Source: Candidatus Latescibacterota bacterium (lineage in GTDB: Bacteria; Latescibacterota; UBA2968; UBA8231). From it: 64,000 bases of DNA. Position 1 is the stretch's first letter, and every line of letters starts with the position of its first letter. The stretch covers positions 448,001 through 512,000 of the forward strand of contig OZ244561.1 of assembly GCA_965217585.1 (NCBI GenBank), given 5' to 3'. This document shows positions 38,576-48,863 of this stretch, one piece after another. The position numbers were made by a program, and so were the translations under genes. The notes beneath the pieces were generated by a model that ran no database searches, had not been told where the DNA came from, and saw only the letters and a list, made by a program, of their open reading frames with translations.

Positions 38576-40672
38576 ATGGCGCGCAGCACCCGCTTTTTTT
38601 TGGGCGCGCTCCTGCTAGTCGCCCTCGCACTGCGGCTGGGCTATTTGTGGGAACACCGCGCCAGTCCCTTCTTCGACGCGCCCATAGTTGACGCCCAGAC
38701 CTTTCTCAACCAGGCACTGCCCCTCGCCAGCGGTCCATTCTGGGGAGGGGACGAATCGTATTGGCAACCCCCCCTGTACATCTACCTGCTGGCGTTCGTT
38801 TGCTGGCTCCTGCCAGCTTCGTACTTCGTCGGCATCCGGCTCGTACACGTGGGCCTCGGCGTCCTTTCCTGCCTATTGGTATACGCGTTGGTCCGGCACG
38901 CCTTTGGCGAGCAGATCGGCCGCATCGCCGGCGTCATGGCGGCCTTGTGCGGCTCCTTGCTCTACTTTGAGGGCGAGCTATTGGCCGTGCCGGTGGAAGT
39001 CTTCCTCAATCTCCTGCTCCTGTACGGCCTGTTGCTGGCGCGGAGACGCGATCGCGGGCGCGACTGGGTGCTGGCCGGCCTCATCGCGGGCCTTGCTGCT
39101 CTGACTCGCCCCACTATCTTGCTCTTTATCGCGGCCTTTTGCGCTTGGGCATTGTGGCACCGGCGCACATCTGCCTATCGTCCCCTGTTCTCTTTTATCG
39201 TTCCCATAACCTTGGTCATCCTGCCCGTCACCTATCGCAACTGGACCATTGAGCCGGACCTCGTCTTCATCTCCTCCAATGCCGGCGTCAACTTCTACAT
39301 CGGCAACAACGCCGACTACGAGCGCACGGTCTCGCTGCGCCCGGGCATACAGTGGGAGGCCATGATCGCAGAACCGGCGCATTCGGGACATGAGACCGCA
39401 GCCGCCCGATCGGCCTTTTTCTTGGGCAAAGCCCTCAATTACATGATCGCGCAGCCCCTCGACTATCTCGGCCTGCTCTGCAAGAAGGGATTCCTCTTTT
39501 GGAGTGGCCCAGAGACCAAGCGCAACCAAGACATATACTACGCCCGCCAACACTCGCGGATTTTGAGTCTCTTGCTCTGGGATTGGTACGTGTCGATTCC
39601 CTTCGGCCTCATCGGCCCGCTGAGCTTGCTCGGCTTGGGGCTGAGCATGAGGGGGGAGTGGACTCAGCCGGTTGCTTTGCTGCGACTCTACGCTCTCGTG
39701 TACACGGCCTCGGTCGTACTCTTCTTTCCGGCGGCCCGCTACCGCATGCCGGTCGTGCCGGTGCTGATCGCTTTTGCTGCTTTTGCCGCCTTTCAGCTCT
39801 ACCTAGGCGTGCGCCGCAGAGCCTATATCCGCACCACCCTGCTTGCTCTGCCTCTCGGATGTCTACTAGTCCTGTGCAACATCGCCGAGGCCGCGCCGAC
39901 TGCAGAGGACGCTCAGCTCTACTTCGATCTAGGCGAGGTACATCTGCGCAAGCAAGACTACGCCCGGTCTGCGCGTTACTCGCGCCGAGCACTGGAACTG
40001 GACCCGGAGTACAACTACGCCCGCCACAATCTGGCCGTGGCGTACTTTCACCAAGAGCGCTATGGGGAAAGCGAGCGCGAGGCCCTGCAGACCCTAGCGG
40101 AAAATCCTCGGCGCAGCGACACTCGTGTACTCCTAGGCCGAATTTACCTATCAACCAATAAGCCACAGCAGGCCGAAGCGCATCTGCGCCACGCCCTCGA
40201 ACGCGATCCAGAGTCCGGCATGGCCCATTACTACTACGGCCGCCTGCTCTACCGCCAAGGGCACTACGCCGCGGCCGCAACCCACTTGCAGCAGGCGCTT
40301 CTTTGGCAGCCACAGGACTTCTGGCTGCACTACGAACTGGGGAGGGCCTTACAGCAAGCCGGGCAAACCGAGGCCGCATTGAGCCAGTATCACCGAGCAC
40401 TGTCCGTCGAGCGACAGCCCGAAGCACTCGTCGCCATCGGTGCCCTGCACCTGATCGCCGGGCACACCGCAAAAGCACGCACCCAGTTCCTCCAAGCCTT
40501 AGAACTAGCCCCAGACAATCCAGAGGCTCACGTCAACCTCGCGCTCATCGAACTCGAAAATGGGGACCACGCCGCGGCTATTGACCGGCTGCGTCAAGTG
40601 CTAGCGAGAGGTCCCTCCCCCCACGCGCAGCGTCTGCTCGACGAAGCCCATCGCCGGCTCGAATCGCCATAG
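38576..40672 (+). CDS. GT-C-fold membrane glycosyltransferase-like protein with TPR repeats
   Basis: PIVDA, WQPPLY, NFYIGNN, KRNQDIY and RYRMPVVP motifs, then a TPR tail. Paralogue of 5200..7188. Confidence 0.75.
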   Translation: MARSTRFFLGALLLVALALRLGYLWEHRASPFFDAPIVDAQTFLNQALPLASGPFWGGDESYWQPPLYIYLLAFVCWLLPASYFVGIRLVHVGLGVLSCLLVYALVRHAFGEQIGRIAGVMAALCGSLLYFEGELLAVPVEVFLNLLLLYGLLLARRRDRGRDWVLAGLIAGLAALTRPTILLFIAAFCAWALWHRRTSAYRPLFSFIVPITLVILPVTYRNWTIEPDLVFISSNAGVNFYIGNNADYERTVSLRPGIQWEAMIAEPAHSGHETAAARSAFFLGKALNYMIAQPLDYLGLLCKKGFLFWSGPETKRNQDIYYARQHSRILSLLLWDWYVSIPFGLIGPLSLLGLGLSMRGEWTQPVALLRLYALVYTASVVLFFPAARYRMPVVPVLIAFAAFAAFQLYLGVRRRAYIRTTLLALPLGCLLVLCNIAEAAPTAEDAQLYFDLGEVHLRKQDYARSARYSRRALELDPEYNYARHNLAVAYFHQERYGESEREALQTLAENPRRSDTRVLLGRIYLSTNKPQQAEAHLRHALERDPESGMAHYYYGRLLYRQGHYAAAATHLQQALLWQPQDFWLHYELGRALQQAGQTEAALSQYHRALSVERQPEALVAIGALHLIAGHTAKARTQFLQALELAPDNPEAHVNLALIELENGDHAAAIDRLRQVLARGPSPHAQRLLDEAHRRLESP

Positions 40673-40680
40673 GAAGTACT

Positions 40681-42312
40681 TTGTTCGGCTACTTCCAAGC
40701 TCTCTTGTTCCTTGCTTGCGCGGTGCCCGTCTCCAGTGCTGGTCCGCTCTTTACTAACGTGACCCAAGACGCCGGCATCGCCTTCGTCAATCAGTCCGGT
40801 GGGACCGACAAGCAGTACCTCATCGAAACCCAATCGGCTGGCGGCGGCTTTTGGGACTACGACCTCGACGGCCATCTCGACCTCTTTCTCACCAGCGGCG
40901 TCGGGCCGGACTCGACGGCGGGCACCGCGCTCTACCGGGGGATAGGCCACGGCGCGTTTAGCGATGTGACAGAAGACTCTGGCACGGGGCTGGGTGGCTG
41001 GAATATGGGCGTGGCCTTTGCCGACTACGACGGCGACGGTGATCCCGACCTCTACCTTACCCGTTGGGGCCGGGACATGCTTTTGGCTAACGAGAGAGAC
41101 GAGACCTTCAAAGACGCCACTGCGGCAGCGGGCCTCGGTTCGGAAGGCTGGGGGATCGGCGCAGCCTTTGCCGACTACGACGGCGACGGTGACCTCGACC
41201 TCTACATCGCCAACTACATAGCTTATGAACGCGGTGGCCCGCCCTTTTACGACCGTTGGTGCAAGCACAACGGCGTCCCCACCGCCTGTGGCCCAAGCGG
41301 TGCCCAAGCCCAGCCGGACCTGCTCTACCGCAACGAAGGCGATGGCACCTTTACCGACGCCAGCCTGCAAGCCGGAATTCGCGGCCCGAATTACTACGGC
41401 ATGGGCGCGGCTTGGTCCGACTTGGACGGTGACGGAGACCTCGACCTCTACGTCGCCAACGACGGGCATCCCAACAGCCTCTACCGCAATGACGGAGGAG
41501 GCTTTGTCAATATTTCGCTAGCGACCGGCACGGCCTATAGCGGCGATGGGCGCGCCCAAGCCGGCATGGGCGTAGCCCTAGCCGACTTCGACAATGACCT
41601 ACAAGTGGACGTTTTCGTGACCAACTTCTCCCAAGACCACAACACCCTCTACCGCAACGAAGGCAATGGCTTCTTCGCCGACGTCAGTGGGCGTGCCGGT
41701 CTAGCCGGCAGCAGCCGCCCTTTTATGGGCTGGGGCACCTTCTTTTTTGACTACGACCACGACGGCTGGCAGGACCTCTTCGTCGCCAACGGCCATCTAA
41801 TGCCGGCCATTGAACGGGCCGGCGGCGGCCTCCGCTACCGCCAGCGCAACCAGCTCTACCGCAACTTGGGCGACGGGCGCTTTCGGGAAATCGCCAACGA
41901 GTCAACTCTCGCTACCAATCAGGTCAGCCGTGGCGCGGCCAGCGGCGACTACGACGATGACGGCGACCTCGACATCCTAGTCTCCAATCTCGACGACACT
42001 CCCGCTCTCTTGCGCAACGATGTCGAGGACAAGGGGCACTGGCTGCTGTTGACGCTGCGCCAGGGAGCCACCGAGGCTGTCGGAGCGCAAGTGCGGGTCC
42101 ATGCTGGTGACCTGCACCAGATGCGCGTAGTGCTGACCGGCTCTAGCTTTCAGGCCCAGAGCGATACGCGCTTGCACTTCGGCTTGGGGACAGCCACTGT
42201 GGCCGACATCGAAATCACTTGGCCGGGCGGCGAGCGCCAAGCCTTCCGCGCTGTGTCCGCCGACCACCACTACGCCATTCACCGGGGCGTCAACCGCCTC
42301 ATATCGGAGTAG
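40681..42312 (+). CDS. CRTAC1-family protein (FG-GAP/VCBS repeats + ASPIC/UnbV)
   Basis: Repeated ADYDGDGDLDLY and LYRNEG; C-terminal AVGAQV...LHFGLG...WPGG. Confidence 0.9.
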   Translation: MFGYFQALLFLACAVPVSSAGPLFTNVTQDAGIAFVNQSGGTDKQYLIETQSAGGGFWDYDLDGHLDLFLTSGVGPDSTAGTALYRGIGHGAFSDVTEDSGTGLGGWNMGVAFADYDGDGDPDLYLTRWGRDMLLANERDETFKDATAAAGLGSEGWGIGAAFADYDGDGDLDLYIANYIAYERGGPPFYDRWCKHNGVPTACGPSGAQAQPDLLYRNEGDGTFTDASLQAGIRGPNYYGMGAAWSDLDGDGDLDLYVANDGHPNSLYRNDGGGFVNISLATGTAYSGDGRAQAGMGVALADFDNDLQVDVFVTNFSQDHNTLYRNEGNGFFADVSGRAGLAGSSRPFMGWGTFFFDYDHDGWQDLFVANGHLMPAIERAGGGLRYRQRNQLYRNLGDGRFREIANESTLATNQVSRGAASGDYDDDGDLDILVSNLDDTPALLRNDVEDKGHWLLLTLRQGATEAVGAQVRVHAGDLHQMRVVLTGSSFQAQSDTRLHFGLGTATVADIEITWPGGERQAFRAVSADHHYAIHRGVNRLISE

Positions 42313-42316
42313 AACT

Positions 42317-43648
42317 ATGCGCTTTGCCCTGCTTTTTTTGTTTTTCTGCACCTGTGCCCGCGAAACACCCGATCCACCGCAAGCCCCATCCCCGCCCGCC
42401 GACTCAGCGGCTCAGACCTTTGCCGCCGGCCGCGCCCTTCAAGCTCGCGGCCTCTTCACCCAAGCCGAGCAAGCCTATCGCCAAGTACTACACCAAGCCC
42501 CGGACAACCCCCAATACCATTACTATCTCGGCGTTGCATTGCACGCCCAGAGTCGTTTTGCCGAGGCGCAGACCCAGTTTGAGAAAGCTCTTGAACTAAA
42601 ATCTGACTACGCCGGTCCCCGCATCGCCTTGGGCAAAATGCTCTATGATGTACACGGAAAAGTAGAGGAGGCTCGCCAGTTCCTCACCGAGGCGCTGGAA
42701 CTGGCTCCCAGCGCTGTCGAAGCGCGCTATATCCTAGGCGTGATCCACCAGCGCGAAGGCCAGCTACAAGAGGCCCGCGAAATTTTCACCGCCATCGCCG
42801 CTGCCGACTCCACCCACCTCCAAGCCCGGCTACAGCTAGGCCTAGTGGACCTGAAGCTAGGCAACTACCAAGAAGCCGAGAGACAGTTGCGCCAAGTCGC
42901 GCACCTCAGCCCGCACGAGCCAGCGGCTTTTCTTGGAATCGGGCAGGCCCTGTTGCGCATGGACCGCGCCACAGAGGGGGAGCGCGTCCTCGAGCGCGCC
43001 CGGGTTTTGGGCACACAAAACGCTCAGCTCAAGCCTCACCAAGACGCGGTGCGTCAGTACCCCAATCAACCCCAAGCCCATTCCAATCTCGCCGCCCTCT
43101 ACAGCCGCTTTGGGCGTCTCAAACTGGCCGTCGAGCACTACCGCCAGTCCATCCTCATCGACTCGACCTATGCCCTGGGGTACCAAGGATTGGGCACTCT
43201 GCTCCAGCGCCGAGGCAAGGACGATTTGGCGGCGCGCTACTACTTCGAGGCACTGAGCCACGACTCGACCCTAGCCGAAAGCCACAACAATCTGGGCTTG
43301 ATCTTTCACAAGCAGGGCAAACTAGAAAAGGCCATTAGGCAATACGAGCAGGCCGTGCGGTTCGCCCCATCTACGGGTTTCTACTACTCCAATCTCGGCA
43401 ATGCGTACCTCGAAATGGATCAACTGGACCAAGCGCAGGCGGTCGTCGAGCGGGCCATCGAACTAGACGCGAAGCTCTACAGTGCCCACATACTACTCGG
43501 CGATATCCACGCCCGCCGCGGCGAATTCGCACGGGCCATTGCGCTCTGGGAGGATATTCCGTCCGGTGGGGCGGCCAATGCGTCTTTACAAGCCAAAATC
43601 GCCGAGACCCGACGGAAGCTATCCGCGCAAGAGCGCGCGCCGCGATGA
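42317..43648 (+). CDS. Exported TPR protein (possible lipoprotein)
   Basis: Short hydrophobic leader with Cys, followed by serial TPR repeats. Confidence 0.85.
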   Translation: MRFALLFLFFCTCARETPDPPQAPSPPADSAAQTFAAGRALQARGLFTQAEQAYRQVLHQAPDNPQYHYYLGVALHAQSRFAEAQTQFEKALELKSDYAGPRIALGKMLYDVHGKVEEARQFLTEALELAPSAVEARYILGVIHQREGQLQEAREIFTAIAAADSTHLQARLQLGLVDLKLGNYQEAERQLRQVAHLSPHEPAAFLGIGQALLRMDRATEGERVLERARVLGTQNAQLKPHQDAVRQYPNQPQAHSNLAALYSRFGRLKLAVEHYRQSILIDSTYALGYQGLGTLLQRRGKDDLAARYYFEALSHDSTLAESHNNLGLIFHKQGKLEKAIRQYEQAVRFAPSTGFYYSNLGNAYLEMDQLDQAQAVVERAIELDAKLYSAHILLGDIHARRGEFARAIALWEDIPSGGAANASLQAKIAETRRKLSAQERAPR

Positions 43649-45147
43649 GCTTGGTTGTCTCGCTCGCTGCGCTATGGGTGACCTTGAGTAGCTGCGGCGT
43701 AGACCCCGCCCCGGAAGAAGAAGGCGACCGCTTGGTGCAGGCTGGGCGCTCCTTTGCCGAGGAACACCGCTACGCCGAGGCGCGTCGCGCTTTTGGAAAA
43801 GCTCTAGCCCTAGACTCGCTCGACGCCGCAGCGCACTGTGCATTGGGCGATCTCGACGCCCGGCTCGGGCACGTAGAGCGGGCCGTCCGGGCCTACAAAG
43901 CCGCGATCGCAGCCGACTCTACCTATCATCGCGCCCGGCACAACCTAGCTGTGATCGAGGCCGACCAGGGTCGCCTGCCCCTAGCCATCGAGCTGCTCAA
44001 ACATATTCCAACCTATGTCCCCGCCCTCCGTACCCTGCCTCTCTTTTACGCCAAACAGGGACGCTACGATCTAGCCGAAAAAGGATTGCACACCGCACTG
44101 GCCTCGGGCGGGGAAAACATTGACGTGCGGCAACAACTCGGGCGGCTCTATCTGCGCCAAGGACGCTACGACGAGGCCCGCGCCGCACTCGACCTAGCCC
44201 TCTCTCAGGACTCGACCCAAGCCGAAAGCCACCGTCTGTTGGGTTTGCTACACCTAGCCGAGCGGTGTTACTCGGAGGCGCTGGCAGCCTTGCGCCGCGC
44301 GCTAGCGCTCGACCCACACCTGATCGAGGCCCACTACAACCTTTCTTCGGCGTTTTTGGGTCTAGGAGACCCAACCCAAGCGCAGGCGGCGCTGGCGCAT
44401 TTTGAGACCCTTGCTGCCCACACCGCCCAAGTCGCGCACTTGCGCCGCCAGCTCGATGCCGACCCCGACTACCGCGAGACTCGCTTGCAGCTAGCCCATC
44501 ACTATCGGCAACTGGGTCGGGACGACGACGCCCTCACCCACTATCGGGCTGTGCTGCTGGCCGACCCGGACGACTTAGAGGCGCTAATTTCGCTAAGCGG
44601 GCTTTTGCTGGCGCGGGGAGAAGACCAAGAAGTGCTCAAACTATGCAGCCGAGGCATCTCACGGTACCCGGAGGATGTGCGCACCAGCAAGCTCCACTTC
44701 GCCCGTGGCTATGTCTATATGCGGCGCAACCAGTATCAAGAGGCCCGCACGGCCTTTGAGCACGCACTGGCGCTGGATTCGTCCTCGGCCACGGCTTGGA
44801 ACAACCTCGGCCATGTCCAGCTAAGTTTAGGCGAAGAAGCGGCGGCCCAACGGGCGCTGGAATCGGCCATTGCCGCCGATTCAACCCTGGCCGATGCCCA
44901 CTACAATCTCGGCAGCCTCTTCTTGCAAAAGGAGCAACTAGCTCAGGCGCAACGGGCCTATCGAGCGGCGCTTGCGGCCGACTCGACCTTTGCGCGGACC
45001 TACTACGCACTGGCAACCGTGTACCAAGCCCAGGGCGCGATTCCAGAGGCACGCCGTTGCTACCAAACCTTTATCGACAAGTGGCAAGGCGACCCGGACT
45101 TTCTGCGCCAAGCCCGCGAGCGGCTCGCCCAACTGCCGAGTCCCTGA
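43645..45147 (+). CDS. TPR lipoprotein
   Basis: LSSC lipobox-like leader and serial TPR repeats; ATGA overlap with the previous gene. Confidence 0.85.
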   Translation: MSLVVSLAALWVTLSSCGVDPAPEEEGDRLVQAGRSFAEEHRYAEARRAFGKALALDSLDAAAHCALGDLDARLGHVERAVRAYKAAIAADSTYHRARHNLAVIEADQGRLPLAIELLKHIPTYVPALRTLPLFYAKQGRYDLAEKGLHTALASGGENIDVRQQLGRLYLRQGRYDEARAALDLALSQDSTQAESHRLLGLLHLAERCYSEALAALRRALALDPHLIEAHYNLSSAFLGLGDPTQAQAALAHFETLAAHTAQVAHLRRQLDADPDYRETRLQLAHHYRQLGRDDDALTHYRAVLLADPDDLEALISLSGLLLARGEDQEVLKLCSRGISRYPEDVRTSKLHFARGYVYMRRNQYQEARTAFEHALALDSSSATAWNNLGHVQLSLGEEAAAQRALESAIAADSTLADAHYNLGSLFLQKEQLAQAQRAYRAALAADSTFARTYYALATVYQAQGAIPEARRCYQTFIDKWQGDPDFLRQARERLAQLPSP

Positions 45148-45148
45148 T

Positions 45149-46870
45149 ATGTCCATATACGTTCTCCTCATCTGCTTTCTCTGTCTGGCCTGTAACTCCA
45201 CCGAAGAAATCACACCACCTACACCGCCGCGGCACACCGCGCCCGCAGCCTCGTCTCTCCGCTTTGTCGAAGTAGCGTCTGCCGTCGGCTTGACATGGCA
45301 CCACGAAAACGGTCGCAGCCCCCAGCGCTACTTCCCCGAGACTATGGGTGGCGGGGGTGCCTTCTTCGACTACGACGGCGATGGCGATTTGGATGTTTAC
45401 GCCGTAAACGGCGCTTTTATCGCCGCTGGTGAGCAGGATGCGGCCCCTGTCAATAGCCTTTTTCGCAATGATGGCCCGCGCTTTGTCCCGATCGCGGCCG
45501 GGGTCGCCCACCCAGGCGTCGGCATGGGGGTTGCAACGGCCGACTACGACCACGACGGCGACCTCGACCTCTATCTGACCAACTTTGGCCCCAACGCGCT
45601 CTTTCGCAACGACGACGGACACTTTGCCGAAATCGGACGGCAGACAGGCGTTGCCGATGCGCACTGGGGCACGAGCTGCGCCTTTGCCGACTACGACCGC
45701 GACGGCGATCTCGACCTCTATGTCGCCAACTACGTGGCCTACGATCCGGCCGCATCCCGCGCCGACCAAGTGCCCTATATGGCCGGCTACGAAAGCTATG
45801 GCGGTCAGGCACCCGTCGGCTATCCGCATCCAGACAACTTCCAGGGCCAAGCCGATCTGCTCTACCGCAACGACGGCGCGGGGCACTTTGTCGATGTCTC
45901 GGCAGGGGCGGGCATCGCCGATGCGAGCGGCAAGGGGCTGGGGGTGGTTTTTGGCGACTACGACAGCGACGGTTGGCCCGACATCTACGTCGCCAACGAT
46001 GCAGTGCGCAACTTCCTCTACCACAACAGCCGCGACGGCACCTTCGCCGAAAGAGCGGGACTGGCCGGGGTGGCTTATGGCCAGGACGGGCAGATGGAAG
46101 CGGGCATGGGGGTAGATTGGGGCGACTACAATGGCGACGGAGTGCTTGATTTGACGGTGACCAATTTCCAAGCCGAGCCTAACGCGCTCTATCGGGGCGA
46201 GGGCGGCTTCTTCTCGGTTGCGACCTTTGCCGCCGGGACGGGCCTTCCGTCGCTGCCCTTCCTCGGGTTTGGCACCCAGTTTTTCGACCCCGACCTCGAT
46301 GGCGATCTCGACCTGTTTGCCGCCAATGGCCACGTCCTCGACAACATCCGCGCCATCGACCAATCCACTAGCTATGGGCAGCGCAATTTGCTCTTCCGCA
46401 ACGACGGCGGCCGCTTCGCCGAGGTTTCCGCGGCGGCTGGCCTCGGCTTCTCTCTAGAGCGCGTCAGCCGCGGCAGTGCCACCGGTGACTACGACAGCGA
46501 CGGCGATCCCGATCTACTAGCTTTTAATTCAGGGCAACCGCTCAGCTTGCTGCGCAACGACCAAGGCGACGCCAACCACTGGATAACCATCCGGCTCGCG
46601 GGGGCCAACGGCAACCCAAACGGTATCGGTGCCCGGCTAACAGCTCAAAGCGGTGACTTGCTCCAAGTCAGGGAACTGCGCGGCAGCCGCTCGTACCTAT
46701 CGCAGAGCGCTCTCAGCCTCTATCTGGGTTTGGGGAAACGCGATCAGCTCGACCGGCTGACCGTGCGCTGGCCTTCGGGCCGGACCGAGCGATTCGGCCC
46801 CTTTGCAGCCAACCAAGCCATCGCGCTCGTCGAGGGCGATGGCGTCAGCGCGGCTTCTGACCCGCCCTAA
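45149..46870 (+). CDS. CRTAC1-family lipoprotein (FG-GAP + ASPIC/UnbV)
   Basis: Start MSIYV with CLAC. PETMGGGGAFFDYDGDGDLD, FG-GAP repeats and GIGARL...VRWPSG. Confidence 0.9.
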   Translation: MSIYVLLICFLCLACNSTEEITPPTPPRHTAPAASSLRFVEVASAVGLTWHHENGRSPQRYFPETMGGGGAFFDYDGDGDLDVYAVNGAFIAAGEQDAAPVNSLFRNDGPRFVPIAAGVAHPGVGMGVATADYDHDGDLDLYLTNFGPNALFRNDDGHFAEIGRQTGVADAHWGTSCAFADYDRDGDLDLYVANYVAYDPAASRADQVPYMAGYESYGGQAPVGYPHPDNFQGQADLLYRNDGAGHFVDVSAGAGIADASGKGLGVVFGDYDSDGWPDIYVANDAVRNFLYHNSRDGTFAERAGLAGVAYGQDGQMEAGMGVDWGDYNGDGVLDLTVTNFQAEPNALYRGEGGFFSVATFAAGTGLPSLPFLGFGTQFFDPDLDGDLDLFAANGHVLDNIRAIDQSTSYGQRNLLFRNDGGRFAEVSAAAGLGFSLERVSRGSATGDYDSDGDPDLLAFNSGQPLSLLRNDQGDANHWITIRLAGANGNPNGIGARLTAQSGDLLQVRELRGSRSYLSQSALSLYLGLGKRDQLDRLTVRWPSGRTERFGPFAANQAIALVEGDGVSAASDPP

Positions 46871-48860
46871 TCTGCGCGACGAGTGCGCGGCCAAACGCCT
46901 CTTGCCGCTGCTCGGCAGCTACCTGCACGGCGTACCGCTCGGCGTCGGCCAATCGGCCCGCAGTCATCAGCTCGGTGACGAGCAGCTCTAGCAAGTCCGT
47001 TGTGAACGTCTTGCGGATGTTCGCGTCTTGCACTGCGCTCTCTAACGCTGCTAACGCCCTGCCATGCTCCCCGCGCAAATGGTAGGCATAGCCACGGATA
47101 AAGTCCTGTAACCCAGGGGAAAAGTCCGGAGCCGCGCTCAAGAAGCGCAAGCGGTCTAGCAGGGCCAAGAGCGCGGCGCGCTCGGTCGGCCCAATGGGAT
47201 CTCCCGCGAGTTGTCCGCAACGGATATAGCGCAGCGTGCTCCACAAATCGCCCCATATCGTATAAGGCTCCTCCAAGCGGGCCGCGCGATAATAGTCCCG
47301 CGCGCGTTCGTACTCCCGAGCGGCGTAACACGCTTCGGCCACGTTCAGCGCCAATAGCTCCGGCCCCGCTCCCGTTCGCCAGCGCTCGACTCCGCTCTGC
47401 TCTCCGGCGCTCAGTTGGTCCCACAGGGCCGCAGCTTGCTGATGCAAGGTCTGCACTCGACGCTCGTTGCCCGCATCCAAAGGAGGCGCGGCCAAGAGTA
47501 CGGCCATGGCCCGCAGCACGGCCAGCCGCTCGACGGGCAAGTCGCCGAGTCTACGGCGGTACTCGTCGGCTGCCGCCAACTGATCCGCAGCGCCGGGCGC
47601 GACCTTCCAAGGGGCCGGTGCTCCTTCCAGCGCAGCGACAATGGCCCGGGCCAAGAGCACTTGGCCAGCCGCCGGATGCAAGTGATCGGCCATCAGTTCC
47701 CAGCCCACGCCTGCCTCCGGGCTGTAGGCGCGGAAGCGCGCCTCAACATCGGCGAGGAGCACCCCTTCTGCGGCCGCGACTCGGCGCACGACCTCGTTTA
47801 GGGCTGCTGTCGCCCGCCAAGGCCGGGGATCCAACTCGCGCGCCTGCACATAAGCCGTCCGCGCCCTAGCCCCACGGCCCAACTGCTCTAAGTGATAACC
47901 GCGCAAGAAGTGCAAATAGGCGTCGTTCGCATAGAGCGCCTCGGCCTGTTCCAAAGCCACTAGCGCGGCCGGCGACGCTTGCTCTCTATGGCCCTGCGCC
48001 AAAAAATCCACATAGCGCGCGCACTCCTCATCCGGCAAAGGCGGCTCAATGCGCGCCGGCGCGAAACCGCGCTCGTTGCTGGTCACCGTACAGAGCACCA
48101 AGGGAATGCGCTGCGCTCGGCAAAAGGCCACCACGTCTCGGAGATTGGTCTCCAAGTTGGCCGCCGCTTGCGCCCGTCGCGGATCGGACGCCGGGATCGC
48201 ACCTGCCTTAGACATCACCTCGATTAAGGGACCATCCACCCCCTCTTTCCCCAACGACCCTATCAGCTTACCGACCAAGGGCCTCAGCCGCCACTGAACC
48301 AGCGCGTAGTGGACCCGCTTCATCCACACCGCTTGCCCTCCTTGGGCCAACGAGGCCGCCCCATAAACCCCGTATAACTCGTTGTGCCCAGTATAGACTA
48401 CGACCAAGTCCGCCCCAAGTGCAGCTACGCCGTCTTCTACGGCGCGGGCCACGGCAAAGCTCGACGCAGCGGTAATCCCGGCGTTAAAGACCTCGATCTG
48501 GCGCTCTGGGAAGAGGTCGCCGAGCATTTCTTGGAGATAAGACGGGGCCGATAAACGCTTGGGATGGGGGTAACCCTGTACGGTCGAACCTCCGGCAAAG
48601 AGCACGCGCAGTGCGCCCTCGGGCACGGGTTCGATATAGGGTCTCGGGGTCATGCGGATGCCGCGCCGGATAGGCTCGGCCATGCCGGCGAAGAAGCGCC
48701 GGGCATAGTCCGGATTGACCGCGTGAAGCGCCCGGCCTTCGACGCGAGCTAGTGGGATGGCAAACGCCGGCGGATCCAACGCCGGGATCAGCCGCAACCC
48801 CCCTTCGATGAGCGCGACCAAAACCAAGCCGAGCAGCAGCGCCGCAAACCGACCTCCCAT
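46845..48860 (-). CDS. Membrane-anchored SGNH/GDSL-like hydrolase with TPR repeats
   Basis: GGSTVQG, VFNAG, YTGHNELYG and DHLHP blocks. Confidence 0.75.
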   Translation of the reverse strand: MGGRFAALLLGLVLVALIEGGLRLIPALDPPAFAIPLARVEGRALHAVNPDYARRFFAGMAEPIRRGIRMTPRPYIEPVPEGALRVLFAGGSTVQGYPHPKRLSAPSYLQEMLGDLFPERQIEVFNAGITAASSFAVARAVEDGVAALGADLVVVYTGHNELYGVYGAASLAQGGQAVWMKRVHYALVQWRLRPLVGKLIGSLGKEGVDGPLIEVMSKAGAIPASDPRRAQAAANLETNLRDVVAFCRAQRIPLVLCTVTSNERGFAPARIEPPLPDEECARYVDFLAQGHREQASPAALVALEQAEALYANDAYLHFLRGYHLEQLGRGARARTAYVQARELDPRPWRATAALNEVVRRVAAAEGVLLADVEARFRAYSPEAGVGWELMADHLHPAAGQVLLARAIVAALEGAPAPWKVAPGAADQLAAADEYRRRLGDLPVERLAVLRAMAVLLAAPPLDAGNERRVQTLHQQAAALWDQLSAGEQSGVERWRTGAGPELLALNVAEACYAAREYERARDYYRAARLEEPYTIWGDLWSTLRYIRCGQLAGDPIGPTERAALLALLDRLRFLSAAPDFSPGLQDFIRGYAYHLRGEHGRALAALESAVQDANIRKTFTTDLLELLVTELMTAGRLADAERYAVQVAAEQRQEAFGRALVAQIRAGQKPR

Positions 48861-48863
48861 GTT

